A stretch of DNA of 64,000 nt from an uncultured Chloroflexia bacterium (GTDB lineage Bacteria > Chloroflexota > Anaerolineae > CG2-30-64-16), in contig CAWEMM010000006.1 of assembly GCA_963810095.1 (NCBI GenBank), forward strand, positions 1,280,001 to 1,344,000. Direction: 5' to 3'. Under the pieces are notes generated by a model. That model saw nothing but the letters and a program-made list of their open reading frames with translations. It was not told the origin of the DNA and did no database searches. This document shows, piece by piece, positions 30,429-40,853 of the stretch. The position numbers and the translations under genes were made by a program. Position 1 is the first letter of the stretch. Every line of letters starts with the position of its first letter.

Positions 30429-33110
30429 TTACAACAACTCCACCGGATCGACGTCGATGCGCCAGCCGCGCCCGACACTTACCCGGCGAATCAGCGCCGC
30501 GGGGTCGGCCGACCGCACCACTACCTGCCACCGGTACTCGCCGCGCTGCCGGGCGAAGAAACACGGCGCGGGACCGATCAGGTCGACGTCGGTCAGGCCC
30601 TGCGCGGCGATCTCCCCGCGCAGGGCGTCGGCGGCCGCCTGGGCTTCGGCCTGCGCCTTCGCCCGCTGGGTATGATAGAACACCACCCGGGCCAGCCGGC
30701 GCAGCGGCGGGTACATCTGCTGGCGGCGAAAGCCCATCTCCTCGCGGTAGAAACCCTCGTAATCGTGATTGCTCGCCGCGACCACCGCGTAGTGATCGGG
30801 ATGGTAGGTCTGGACCACCACCTCGCCGCCCAGCGCACTGCGGCCCGCCCGGCCCGCCACCTGCGTCAGCAGCTGAAACGTCCGCTCGCTCGCCCGGAAA
30901 TCCGGCAGAAAGAGCCCGATGTCGGCTGCCACGACGCCGACGAGGGTCACCAGCGGCAGATCTAGCCCCTTGGCGATCATCTGCGTCCCGATCAGGATAT
31001 CGGCCTGATGCGCGACGAACTTGGCGAGGATCGCATCGTGGCTGCCCTTCGCACCCGTCACGTCCCGGTCCCAACGTAACGTCCGTGCCTTGGGGAACTC
31101 CAGCCTGACCGCCTCCTCGACCCGCTCCGTGCCTGCGCCGAAATAGCGAATGCGGTTGCTCCCGCATTTCGGGCAGAGCGCGGGAATCGGGTAGCGCCGG
31201 TTGCACTGGTGACACACCAGGTTCTCGTTAGCGGCGCTGGGCTGACTGGGGTCGCCGTGGTACGTGAGCGGCGCCGCGCACTTCGCGCAGACCGCGACAT
31301 AACCACAGTCGCGGCAGAGCACGCAGGTGGCCGAGCCGCGGCGGTTAAGGTAGAGCATCGCCTGCTGTCCCGCGTCCAGCACCTGCCGCAGGCCCTCCGA
31401 CAGCCGCCGGCTGAACATGCTCCGGTTTCCCACGCGCAACTCCTGGCGCATGTCCGTGACATGGACGATGGGCAGCTCGGACTTGATGCGCTGGGGCAAG
31501 GAGAGCAGGGTGATCTCATCCCCGCGCTTGGCCGCGTAATATGTCTCGAGGCTTGGCGTCGCGCTGCCCAGGATCACGGTGGCGGCGCACAGCCGGCCGA
31601 CCGCCATCGCGACCGCCCGAGCGTGGTAGCGCGGGGTCCGCTCCTGCTTGTACGAGGGCTCGTGCTCCTCGTCCACCACGACGACGCCGAGCTTGCCGTA
31701 GGGCAGGAAGAGCGCCGAACGCGACCCGACGACGACCTGCGCCGCACCGTGACTCGTGCGGACCCTGCGCCAGACGTCGAAACGCTCGCCTTCGCCCAAC
31801 TCGCTGTGCCACACCGTGACCTTGCCGGGAAAACGGGCCGCGAAGCGCCGGATCGTCTGGGGGGTCAGCGCGATTTCGGGCACGAGCACGACGGCCTGCT
31901 TGCCCTCGGCCAGGGCCCGCTCGATGGCGCGCAGGTAGATCTCGGTCTTACCGGAGCCGGTGACGCCATGGAGCAAGAACGGGCCGGCGGCCTCCTGCAT
32001 GGCCTGCCACACCCGCAGCTGGTCCGCCGTGAGCACGGGCGGAGTATCCATCTGGAAGTCACGCCCGGCCAGCGGATCGCGCCACACCATCTCCTCGGCG
32101 ATGCTGATCAGTCCCGCGGCTTCGAGGTCGCGCAACGTGTTCAGCGTCGCGTCCGTTTCGGCGTAGATCCTGCCGATCCAGACCGGCTCGCCCAGCGCCA
32201 GCAGGAGCTCGAGCACGGCCCGGTGCTTCCGCGTCCCGCGCAGCTCTTCCAGGGTCGCAGCCAACGCGTCGGGTGCCAGCGTCAGTTCCACGGTCGCGGG
32301 GTCAGCGCCACCGCTCCCCGGCCTTAACGTGACCCAACCCCGCTCGGCCAGCGTCTTGACCGTTGCGCGCTCGCACGGCGCGCCTGCCAGCAGCTCGGCC
32401 AGCGGCGCGGCCCGGCCCGCCGGCTGCCTGCCCAGCCAGCCGAGCGCGCTCGCCTGTTTCGACGCCCGCCCAAGCGTGAGCAGGGCCGGGCCGACCTCGT
32501 CCGGCTCGACCAGCAGTCGCACCTGGCGGTCGGTCTTCGGCCGGGGGGGCGGCGAGGGGAACTCCGCTTCCCGCGTCACGAGCCTCATCTCAATCAGCGG
32601 CTCGAGGTCGTCGCGCTGGGTCACCCGCTTGACGTCCTCCGTCAGCTCGCTCCAGTCGCCCGGTTTCTGGCCGATCCGGGCCAGCAAGGCAAGCTGCTTC
32701 TCGGTCAGCCCGCCCGGCGCGGGCGCCGCGGTGCGAACGAATACCGTCCGCCCGCGCTGCGACAGCCCGGCCGGCAGCATCAGGCGCAGTGATTCAATCA
32801 GGGGCGCGAGGGTTTGTTCGCTGATCCAGTACGCGAGGCTTAGTTGCGCGGGCGTGAGCACGGGCTGGGACCAGACGAGCGAGATCAGCTCCCGCGTCTG
32901 GAAATCGGGCGCGGCGTCGTGCACCCGCAGCACGATCCCCTGCACCCGCCGGCTGCGGAAGGGAATCCACGCGAGGTGACCGGGCGCGAGGCGGCCGGCC
33001 AGCGAGGGGGGCACTCCGTAGGTGAAGGTCTGGCTCGCCGCGTCCTCGCCGCCCACCATGGGGCCAGCGACCCCCACAGGGGTGTTAACGCAGACGTCGG
33101 CGTAAAGCAT
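30429..33110 (-). CDS. priA: Primosomal protein N' (replication restart helicase)
   Basis: GVTGSGKTE, LVPEIALTPQ, DEEHE, SATPS, four CxxC pairs, GTQMIAKGLD and QVAGRAGR. Confidence 0.97.
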   Translation of the reverse strand: MLYADVCVNTPVGVAGPMVGGEDAASQTFTYGVPPSLAGRLAPGHLAWIPFRSRRVQGIVLRVHDAAPDFQTRELISLVWSQPVLTPAQLSLAYWISEQTLAPLIESLRLMLPAGLSQRGRTVFVRTAAPAPGGLTEKQLALLARIGQKPGDWSELTEDVKRVTQRDDLEPLIEMRLVTREAEFPSPPPRPKTDRQVRLLVEPDEVGPALLTLGRASKQASALGWLGRQPAGRAAPLAELLAGAPCERATVKTLAERGWVTLRPGSGGADPATVELTLAPDALAATLEELRGTRKHRAVLELLLALGEPVWIGRIYAETDATLNTLRDLEAAGLISIAEEMVWRDPLAGRDFQMDTPPVLTADQLRVWQAMQEAAGPFLLHGVTGSGKTEIYLRAIERALAEGKQAVVLVPEIALTPQTIRRFAARFPGKVTVWHSELGEGERFDVWRRVRTSHGAAQVVVGSRSALFLPYGKLGVVVVDEEHEPSYKQERTPRYHARAVAMAVGRLCAATVILGSATPSLETYYAAKRGDEITLLSLPQRIKSELPIVHVTDMRQELRVGNRSMFSRRLSEGLRQVLDAGQQAMLYLNRRGSATCVLCRDCGYVAVCAKCAAPLTYHGDPSQPSAANENLVCHQCNRRYPIPALCPKCGSNRIRYFGAGTERVEEAVRLEFPKARTLRWDRDVTGAKGSHDAILAKFVAHQADILIGTQMIAKGLDLPLVTLVGVVAADIGLFLPDFRASERTFQLLTQVAGRAGRSALGGEVVVQTYHPDHYAVVAASNHDYEGFYREEMGFRRQQMYPPLRRLARVVFYHTQRAKAQAEAQAAADALRGEIAAQGLTDVDLIGPAPCFFARQRGEYRWQVVVRSADPAALIRRVSVGRGWRIDVDPVELL

Positions 33111-33161
33111 GGCAGAATCCCGGTCCCCGATGAGACGTCAAGGCGAAGCCTCTTAATCGGT

Positions 33162-34022
33162 TCAAGCGCCGTAAACCGCGGCGGCCATGTACCCGACGGT
33201 GTAACTCCCGGGGCGCTTGTCCCCGGTTACCTCGCCAGAGTTGGTGTACTGCAGAACATGCACGCCCTGGCCGCCCAGCCGCTGGCAGGTCTCCATGATC
33301 GCCAGCAGGCCGACCGCGCCGCACGCCTGCACCGCCTCGGTCCGCAAGGCAGCGCGCAGCCCGTCCACGTCAAAGGTGGATACCAGTTCGACCAGCCGCC
33401 TGTCCGTCACGACCACGTCCGCATAGTTCTCCATGTGGCTCAGGTCGGTGCTGCAAACCAGCAGCGTCTGCTCGTCGACCAACTCGGCCAGGGCCTGCGC
33501 CAAGAGAGTGATCCGCTGCGTCGCCTGCCTGCTTCCGATGTGTTCGCCGAGCATGACCGGCACAAGCGTGAAGGAGCCGAGCGCCACCTGCAGGAACGGC
33601 AGCTCGATCTCGAGCGAGTGCTCCTGGTCGCCCTGCACCCGCGTCAGGGGGATGCGCTGGCCCAGTTTGCCGACGAATTCCTCGTCCAGCGCCACAACGC
33701 CGAGCGGCGTGCTGTAGCCCCCCTCCGACGGGACCATGTAGGGGCCGGCCGGGCTGCCCGAGATCGGGCGGTGCAGCGGCCCCAGCAGAACTACCCGCCT
33801 GTATTCCGCGCCCTGCACCTGAGCGAACGCGCGGGCTGCCGTCGGGCCGGAATATGCATAACCCGCGTGGGGCGCGACGAGCCCGAGAACACGTCCGGGC
33901 AAGGGTGCTTTTGGGGCTGCGGCAAAGTATTGCTCGATGTCGCGGCGCAGTGTCGTGGGGTTTCCGGGATACCACCGGCCCGCAATGGCCGACGGCCGAA
34001 TCGCTGGCATTGACTCCGCCAT
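33162..34022 (-). CDS. amrB: AmmeMemoRadiSam system protein B (MEMO1 family)
   Basis: AGRWYP, PHAGYAYSG, GPLH, EHSLEIELPFLQ, STDLSH, ACG and VGY. Confidence 0.9.
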   Translation of the reverse strand: MAESMPAIRPSAIAGRWYPGNPTTLRRDIEQYFAAAPKAPLPGRVLGLVAPHAGYAYSGPTAARAFAQVQGAEYRRVVLLGPLHRPISGSPAGPYMVPSEGGYSTPLGVVALDEEFVGKLGQRIPLTRVQGDQEHSLEIELPFLQVALGSFTLVPVMLGEHIGSRQATQRITLLAQALAELVDEQTLLVCSTDLSHMENYADVVVTDRRLVELVSTFDVDGLRAALRTEAVQACGAVGLLAIMETCQRLGGQGVHVLQYTNSGEVTGDKRPGSYTVGYMAAAVYGA

Positions 34023-34053
34023 ATATCCCCCTGAGCCCGAACACTCCCGGGCT

Positions 34054-34839
34054 TTACCCGGCCCAGCGCTGGGTGCCGGCCACGGTCAAGATCAGCAGAA
34101 TGAGCAGCGCCGCCGCCAGTGCGAGCCAACGTTGACGGTTCGTGCGGCTGTCGACAACACGCGGCGTGGGACCGGGTCCGTCATACGACCAGGCAACCCC
34201 GTACTGGGGAGCAAGAACGAGCCCCATCAAGAAGCCGGCTACCAGGCCGCCAAGGTGCGCGATGTAGTTGATGTTGGGGATGGTGAAGCCAAGCACCAGG
34301 TTGATCACCAGCAGGATCGCGACGTTCTTCAGCCGCTGCTGGCCAAATGCGCCGAAGAGTTGCCGGTTGCGCAAGAAAAAGGCCGCTTCGGCGCCGATCA
34401 GGCCGAAGATGGCGCCCGACGCGCCCACCGACGGTTCCGCTCCGCCCAGCACGTACCATGCCACGCTGCCGGCCAGGCCAGAAACGAGATAGACCACGGT
34501 GAACCAGAGCGAACCGTAGAGGCCCTCGATGTCGCGTCCCAACACGAACAGCGCATAGCAGTTGAAGGCCAGGTGGCTCAAGCTGGCGTGCAGGAGGGTC
34601 GCGGTGAACAGCTGCCAGTACCACCCGGCCGCGACGGCCTCGTTCCATTGCGCGCCGAACATGAAGACCAGGCGCTGCCCCGTGAGCTGGGTGATAATGA
34701 GGTCCGCGACGAAGACGGCCAGGACAACGCCCAACAGCACATAGGTCACGCGCGGCCGGGCAATGGGCACTGCCAGGCCAGAGGACCGCCCGGCAGGCGC
34801 CGCCATATCGTCTTCCGGGCCGGGCTGGTTCGCGTTCAT
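34054..34839 (-). CDS. Rhomboid intramembrane serine protease
   Basis: WQLF, HLAFN, VGASGAIFG and AHLGGLVAG. Confidence 0.95.
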   Translation of the reverse strand: MNANQPGPEDDMAAPAGRSSGLAVPIARPRVTYVLLGVVLAVFVADLIITQLTGQRLVFMFGAQWNEAVAAGWYWQLFTATLLHASLSHLAFNCYALFVLGRDIEGLYGSLWFTVVYLVSGLAGSVAWYVLGGAEPSVGASGAIFGLIGAEAAFFLRNRQLFGAFGQQRLKNVAILLVINLVLGFTIPNINYIAHLGGLVAGFLMGLVLAPQYGVAWSYDGPGPTPRVVDSRTNRQRWLALAAALLILLILTVAGTQRWAG

Positions 34840-35519
34840 AGCGCCACCGGCTGCCAGTCAATGCGGCTCTTCTCGGCCTGCACAATCGCGATGACCCGGT
34901 CGACGGTTTCGTCCAACGCACACTCCCGATTGATGATGCGATACCGGAACTCGTGCGCCCTGCGGAGCTCGTTGCGGGCGGTCTCGATGCGCCGCTCGAG
35001 CTGCGACGGATCTTCCGTCTTGCGCCGGCGCAACCGTTCGATGAGCGCTTCCTCGGATTCGGCGGTCAGAAAGATCGTGACGGCTTCTGGCACCAGCTCC
35101 CGAATGGTCGCCGCGCCCTGGACGTCGATGCGCAGCATCACATCCTGGCCGCTAGCCAGTGCCGCCCGAATGCCTGCCTTTGGAATGCCCTTGTACTGCC
35201 CGTACACGAGCGCATGCTCCAACAGCTCGCCGCGCTCGATCAGGTCGTTAAACGTCGTTTCGGAGACGAAGTGATAGTCGACGCCGTCTACCTCGCCGGC
35301 CCGCCGGGGGCGAGTGGTCGCGGTCACCACGAAGAAACACGTATAGCCGCGCTCCTTCATGCGCTCGATCGTCGCGTCCTTCCCCACGCCCGACGGCCCC
35401 GATATCACGACGAGCAGGGGGCGCTGCGCATAGAGCGAGCTGTACCACGTGCGTGAAACGTCTTCGAGGCTGACTTGGCTTGCCTCTGTCCGGTGATCCG
35501 AATACGTCGGTTCACTCAT
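34836..35519 (-). CDS. gmk: Guanylate kinase
   Basis: SGPSGVGKD, TTRPRRAGEVDGVDYHF and DVQGA. Confidence 0.95.
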   Translation of the reverse strand: MSEPTYSDHRTEASQVSLEDVSRTWYSSLYAQRPLLVVISGPSGVGKDATIERMKERGYTCFFVVTATTRPRRAGEVDGVDYHFVSETTFNDLIERGELLEHALVYGQYKGIPKAGIRAALASGQDVMLRIDVQGAATIRELVPEAVTIFLTAESEEALIERLRRRKTEDPSQLERRIETARNELRRAHEFRYRIINRECALDETVDRVIAIVQAEKSRIDWQPVAL

Positions 35520-35623
35520 GCCTTTCGGTCCCTCATGCTATAATCGGATGATAGCTTTTCCGGAGCGCTCGGGGCGCGCAATGCCGCGCCGAGCATTCTA
35601 GAGCCAGACACTGCGAGGACGCA

Positions 35624-36028
35624 ATGCCGATTTACGAGTACACCTGCCAAGATTGCCAGCGCCGGGTCAGCCTCCTTTGGCGCTCATTTGCCGACGCCGA
35701 AGGCCGGGCGCCGGTCTGCCCGCGCTGCGGCGGCGCCAACCTCACCCGCCTGATCTCGCGCGTCGCCGTCGTCCGCTCCGAAGGGGGCCGGCTCGACGAC
35801 CTGGCCGACGGCAGCGCCGACGGCGACCTGTCGGGCCTCGACGAAAACGACCCGAAGTCGCTGGCCCGATTCATGCGCAAAATGGCCGACGAGACCGGCG
35901 AGGATCTGGGCCCTGAATTCGAGGAAGTGGTCGGCCGGCTCGAAGCCGGCGAAGATCCGGAAAGCATCGAAGACTCGATGCCGGACCTCGGCTCGACGCC
36001 CTCGAGCGACGACTTCGGCGTGATGTAA
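35624..36028 (+). CDS. FmdB-family zinc-ribbon protein
   Basis: MPIYEYTCQDC...CPRCGG and an acidic C-terminus. Confidence 0.85.
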   Translation: MPIYEYTCQDCQRRVSLLWRSFADAEGRAPVCPRCGGANLTRLISRVAVVRSEGGRLDDLADGSADGDLSGLDENDPKSLARFMRKMADETGEDLGPEFEEVVGRLEAGEDPESIEDSMPDLGSTPSSDDFGVM

Positions 36029-36064
36029 GGGCTTGTGCGCGAGGGGGCTGAGCCCACTCACCTA

Positions 36065-36391
36065 TTAAAGTTGCACGAACTGCTCGACGTTGAGCACGAA
36101 AAGCACCGCGCCGCCTACGCTGACCTCGATCGGTTCCGCCATTTCCAAACCCGGTCCCTCCAGCGTCGGGAGGGGGGATACCCACTGGGTGCGCCTGCGG
36201 CAGACCTGGCGGACGATATCGGCCGCCTGGGTCAGCTTCTGGTCGTCGGTGCCCAGGAAGAGCGTCGTGTTGCCTTCGCGCAGGAAGCCCCCCGTCGTGC
36301 TAATGACCGTGGCCCGGAACCCTGCTTTCGTTAGCCGGTCCAGCACGTCGCGAGAATCATCGCTGCTGACGATCGCTATGATGAGCTTCAT
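36065..36391 (-). CDS. darA: Cyclic-di-AMP receptor, PII-like (DarA/PstA/YaaQ)
   Basis: MKLIIAIV..D, STTGGFLREGNTT and VGGAVLFV; conserved position downstream of tmk. Confidence 0.9.
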   Translation of the reverse strand: MKLIIAIVSSDDSRDVLDRLTKAGFRATVISTTGGFLREGNTTLFLGTDDQKLTQAADIVRQVCRRRTQWVSPLPTLEGPGLEMAEPIEVSVGGAVLFVLNVEQFVQL

Positions 36392-36436
36392 GGGTGGCAT
36401 CCTCCTTACGTGTCGGGCAATAGCAAGTGACAACTA

Positions 36437-36467
36437 AGAAACCGGGTTTTTCGAAAACCGCAGTTCT
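36437..36467. repeat. Family C palindrome
   Basis: agaaaccgggtttttcgaaaaccgcagttct at the tmk 3' end. Confidence 0.55.
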
Positions 36468-37086
36468 AGCCGGCAAGTAACCCCTGGACGCGCATGCGAA
36501 TCGCCTGCTGCACCTTCACCACCGGCTGCGTCGCATCCACGACCAACCAACGCTCACCCGCCTCACTCGCCAGCGCCAGATACCCCGCCCGCACCCGCTC
36601 GTGAAATTCCCGCTCTTCGCGCTCCATTCGATTCCACTCGACCGCAGCGCCGCCCCGCTTGCGTAGCAAGCCCTCTGCGACGGGCAGATCCAGGCAAATG
36701 GTCAGGTCAGGCATCAAGCCGCCCGTCGCAAATGCCGTGATCATGCGCAGCGACGCAAGATCGAGTCCCCGGCCGTAGCCCTGGTAAGCAAAAGTGGAGT
36801 CGGCAAAACGGTCGGACAGCACCACGCCCCCCCGCTCGAGGTGGGGCCGGATCACCTCGCCCACCAACTGCGCGCGTGCCGCCGAGAATAACAGGATCTC
36901 GGCCTCCGGCCGCATCTCGGTGTGCTCCGGCTCCAGGAGCACCGCGCGAATCGCATTGCCGATGCGGGTGCCCCCCGGCTCGCGCGTGGTGAGCACGTCG
37001 CAGCCACGCTCCACCAGCCATTCTGCCAGCAGGCGGATTTGCGTGGTCTTGCCCCCACCCTCGGGCCCCTCGAACGTTACGAACAC
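36466..37086 (-). CDS. tmk: Thymidylate kinase
   Basis: FEGPEGGGKTTQ, TREPGG and DRFADSTFAYQG. Confidence 0.97.
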   Translation of the reverse strand: MFVTFEGPEGGGKTTQIRLLAEWLVERGCDVLTTREPGGTRIGNAIRAVLLEPEHTEMRPEAEILLFSAARAQLVGEVIRPHLERGGVVLSDRFADSTFAYQGYGRGLDLASLRMITAFATGGLMPDLTICLDLPVAEGLLRKRGGAAVEWNRMEREEREFHERVRAGYLALASEAGERWLVVDATQPVVKVQQAIRMRVQGLLAG

Positions 37087-37103
37087 TGCCGCCCCTGCCT
37101 GTC

Positions 37104-37135
37104 GAGAAACGTGGTTTCGAAAGAAACCGGGCCTC
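37104..37135. repeat. Family C palindrome
   Basis: gagaaacgtggtttcgaaagaaaccgggcctc upstream of tmk. Confidence 0.5.
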
Positions 37136-37180
37136 CCACGGCGTCTTCAAAGCCCGAAACGGATCGCAAACGAGCGATGG

Positions 37181-37273
37181 AATGGGACACTGATTCAACT
37201 GATTGAACTGATCTGCACTGTCCTTCGGGCAAATCGTGATAATCAGTCCGATGCGTTCAATCAGCGTCCCATT
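37181..37273. repeat. Dispersed palindromic repeat family A
   Basis: aatgggacactgattcaactgattgaactg...cagtccgatgcgttcaatcagcgtcccatt. Confidence 0.8.
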
Positions 37274-37284
37274 TTCAGATCAGT

Positions 37285-38958
37285 TTAGCTCTGGAAAATC
37301 CGCACACGACGCCGGGGCTCCGAGCCGTAGCTGTGCGAAACCAGGTTCGCCGAGCGCGCCATTTCGTGCTGCATGCGCCTGATCTCGGGACCCGCCGGCG
37401 GCAGCTCCTCGGAACCCGAACCGCCGAGCACCCGGCGGATAGCTTCCTGGGTTTCCGAGACGGCCTTCTCCATCGGGTCTTCCAACTGCACTGGCACGCC
37501 GAAGATGTCGCCCAGGATCGACTCCATCTGGTTAATCGTGTTCGAGCGCAGAACGTAGACCGGGACGCGCCGCCGCTCCGCTTCGGTAATCGGCTGCGGG
37601 TGCTTCCGGTAGTAGTTCTTCAACGTCACCACTGCATTGGCGTGTTCGAGGTCGTCGACCACGCTGACGGGCACGCCCAGATTCTGCGACGCCTGGATCA
37701 GCCGGCCCCGGCCAACGCCGTACGGGTAAACCCGCAGCGTGTTGTGCTGCTGCCGTGAAGTTACGGCTGCGGGCGCGGCACTTTCAAAGTCGCTCGTGTC
37801 ACGGAAGCCGTTCGTCTGCACGCCGCGGGCTGCCCCGCGGCCCGCGCATCCCGTCGCCGCCGCCGGCCCACTCCGTGTGTTTCTCGAAGGGCAGGCGTCC
37901 CATGGCGCCGCCATCCGAGCCCGCCCTGGCGGCCGCCCCGCGGCTCGATTGTCGGAACGGGCGCCTTCTCGATATGCAGCTGCCCCCCATCGTCGACGAA
38001 ACGAATCTCGGGCTGGGGTGTGCGGCCTCGCAAGAGCGCGTCGACCGCGGCCGCGACGCTGTGATGCACCGCCATCCGCTGGCGGTCCTGCAGCTCGATC
38101 AGCACGTCAAAGGTGGGGGGCGCCCGGCGCTCCAGAACGGCCTTCTGCGTGCCGCGGCGCCGCGCCTCTTCGTCGCTCAGCGTAACGCTCTCGATCCCAC
38201 CCACCAGGTCCGACAGGGTGGGGTTGATCAGCAGGTTTTCGAGGCTGTTGCCATGGGCCGTGCCGACCAGTTGCACACCACGCTCGGCGATCGTACGGGC
38301 CGCCGCAGCTTCCTGCTCGCGCCCGATTTCGTCGATCACGATGACCTGCGGCATGTGGTTTTCGACCGCCTCGATCATCACCTCGTGCTGCAGCGCCGGA
38401 TCGGCCACCTGCATGCGCCGGGCGCGCCCGATGGCGGGATGCGGGATGTCGCCGTCGCCGCCGATCTCGTTCGACGTGTCGACGACCACAACCCGGCGCT
38501 TCTCGCTCAGGATGCGCGCGGCCTCGCGCAAGAGCGTGGTCTTGCCCACGCCCGGCCGGCCCAGCAGCAGGATGCTCTGGCCCGACTTCACGATATCTTC
38601 GACAATATCGATCACGCCGTACACGGCGCGGCCGACCCGGCACGTCAGGCCGATGACATTCCCCTGCCGGTTACGGATCGCCGAAATCCGGTGCAGGGTG
38701 CGTTCGATGCCTGCCCGGTTGTCGCCGGTGAACTCGCTGATACGCGAGATCACGTAATCCAGGTCTTCCTGGCTGATTTCCCGTTCGCTGAGGGCGAGCT
38801 CGTGATCGACGAAACGCGGCCTCGGGCACACGTCCGAGGTCCATGATGATCTCGAGCAGGTCGTCGCCTTGATTGGCTGCGCGCAGGGCTCTTTCAATCT
38901 GCGGAGGCAGCACATGCAGCAGCGCATCGAGGTCGTCGGTAATCTTTCTCTGTTCCAT
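37285..38958 (-). CDS. Ycf45/SpoIIIAA-like AAA ATPase with C-terminal R3H domain (frameshifted)
   Basis: [46 protein letters not shown] and [19 protein letters not shown]. Confidence 0.85.
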
Positions 38959-38979
38959 ACTTCTCTCAGAATCCTCGGG

Positions 38980-40127
38980 CTACGGCGTACGACGCCGCGG
39001 CCGGCCACTCAACGGCCCAACCACCGGCAGCCGGTGGTGCGGAGATGCCGTGGAGTGCACGCCCATCTCACGCGCCAGCTCGCGCACTGCGGTTGGGACA
39101 GGCTCGGCGACACGGACAACAGCTGTCGTGTGCTTCACAAACCGGGCCCGTTCCATGAGCGGCGCAAAGCCAAAACTGACTAACCCGCCGCTCAAATTCA
39201 AGTCGTAATCCCGCACCGTCACGTAGACTGGGCTCTGCCGGCCGTTCTGGAACGGCGCCGGCTTATCCAGGCTGCGCAAACCCTGCTCGATAAGCAAACG
39301 AACTTCCCGGGCGGAAAGTTCACCCGCGCCCAGCACCCGCAGCCAATGCCCGGCCCGCCCGCGGTGCACCTGGACCGCGCCGCGCACCTCGCCGGCCGGC
39401 TCGAGCACCCACCCCTGCCAATCGTCCGGCTCCCACCAGGAGAGCAGGGGCGACCCGGGGTCGGGGCCGGCCGCGCCGCCCGACAACGCCCCCTCGGCCT
39501 GCTGCACCAGCCGGGGCGTGCTCCGGCTGTACAGCCGCTGCAGCGCCCAGCTATCGCGGGATGCTGCGACCGGATCCCGTAACTGCGTATCTCCTGGCCC
39601 GATGGTCCCGCTTTGGGCACGGTAGCCAGCCGGTAGATCGTCTCGCGCGTATATAGACAGAAACCAGCCTGCTTGAGGCTGGTTTGTTCGTAACAACCTT
39701 CGGGCGTACTCGCGTAGATGCGCTGCAGGCCGTGCGTAGACGCGGCCAACGAACAGTGCGCCAGCAGCCGGCTCCAGACTCCCTCGGCAGACCGGACCAC
39801 GCCCGGCGCCTCCCGGGCCGTGCCATCACCGCCTTCGAGGTAGGCGTCTGACATGACCGCAGGAGCAACATGCAGCAAGTCAGCCTCAGGGCGGCTCGCG
39901 CGCTTCAACAGCTGAGCAAACCCCTGCAAGTGCTCGCCTTGCCGTGGCATGGCCTCATCCAGCACGAACGTAGCAACGCCAACGCCGGCCCAGGGCCACG
40001 GCGCGGTCAGCGCCGTCCACAAAGGCTCGTGCGGGTGCGTCAACATGTGCTCGACGGCCAGGGTCATCCCGCAGCGCTGCAGGCGGCGCACCAGCCAGAT
40101 GTCGTTCAAACCGAACGGACGGATCAC
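38980..40127 (-). CDS. Conserved hypothetical protein, possibly degenerate GNAT-like (frameshift near 39560)
   Basis: Two overlapping long ORFs in the operon direction; LKQAGF and LVSFGFAP segments resemble GNAT C-terminal motifs. Confidence 0.55.
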
Positions 40128-40257
40128 GAAAAGCTATCTCTCCCTACACGACCGCCCAACTTCGCGCGATACGATCACCATCCCCAGAGCCATTCTACCA
40201 CAACGGGTAGTCCTGACAAGTGATCTCAGACTCAGATTGCGGGGCCGCGGTCTTGGA

Positions 40258-40288
40258 GAAACAAAACCCCCGGCGCTGGGCCGGGGGT
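40258..40288 (-). terminator. Intrinsic terminator of csp
   Basis: Minus strand acccccggc-loop-gccgggggt followed by tttgtttc. Confidence 0.75.
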
Positions 40289-40326
40289 CAAGTGGGGCGC
40301 TGGTGAACTCGCGCCCGAGGGGCGAC

Positions 40327-40533
40327 TTACGCAGGCGTCACTGAGACGGCCTGGGGACCCTTCGGCGTATCTTCGACGATAAACCGAACCCGTTCGCCGG
40401 CGTCGAGGTTGCGGAAACCCTCGCCCAGGATGTTGGAATAATGAACGAAGACGTCCTTATCGCCACCATCCGGCGAGATGAAACCGTAGCCCTTGCTCCG
40501 GCTGAACCACTTGACAACACCCGTGCTCTCCAT
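40327..40533 (-). CDS. cspA: Cold-shock protein
   Basis: GVVKWF..KGYGFI, DVFVHYS and KGPQA; RBS aaggagg. Confidence 0.95.
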   Translation of the reverse strand: MESTGVVKWFSRSKGYGFISPDGGDKDVFVHYSNILGEGFRNLDAGERVRFIVEDTPKGPQAVSVTPA

Positions 40534-40713
40534 TAGAAAGTGCCTCCTTGGAGTAAAAGAAAACTTGTGGCCGTGACCCGCCTCCTTGCGATCCGGCAGG
40601 GGAGCGCCTCTGTGCCCATTTAAGCAAAAGCCACCGGGGCAGACGTACGCACCGGTGACTGGTGACCATCCTACTCCCTGACAGACTGCCGGAAAACCCT
40701 CACGGCTGGGACA

Positions 40714-40742
40714 ATCCTACCACTCGTAACCCCAGAAGTCAA
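40714..40742 (-). promoter_or_regulatory. Sigma70-type promoter for csp
   Basis: TTGACT-N17-TAGGAT on the minus strand. Confidence 0.6.
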
Positions 40743-40797
40743 ATCAGAATGCGCAATATATTATGCAAAGCGTAGAGTCTTGATAAGTAAGTGACAC

Positions 40798-40834
40798 AAA
40801 AAACGGGCGACCGCCAGCCCGGCTGATCGCCCGT
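40798..40834 (-). terminator. Intrinsic terminator after the LON-domain gene
   Basis: acgggcgatc...ggtcgcccgt followed by a T-run on the minus strand. Confidence 0.7.
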
Positions 40835-40853
40835 GCAGCACCTGCAACTGATG

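Noticed and set aside
33162-34022. amrB without amrA/amrS
   Set aside because: Partners are often encoded elsewhere; nothing unusual can be shown from this window.
29241-35274. Long antisense ORFs (e.g. 29241-30965, 33937-35274; also 61898-63484)
   Set aside because: Shadow ORFs opposite well-supported genes, expected at high GC; no motifs.
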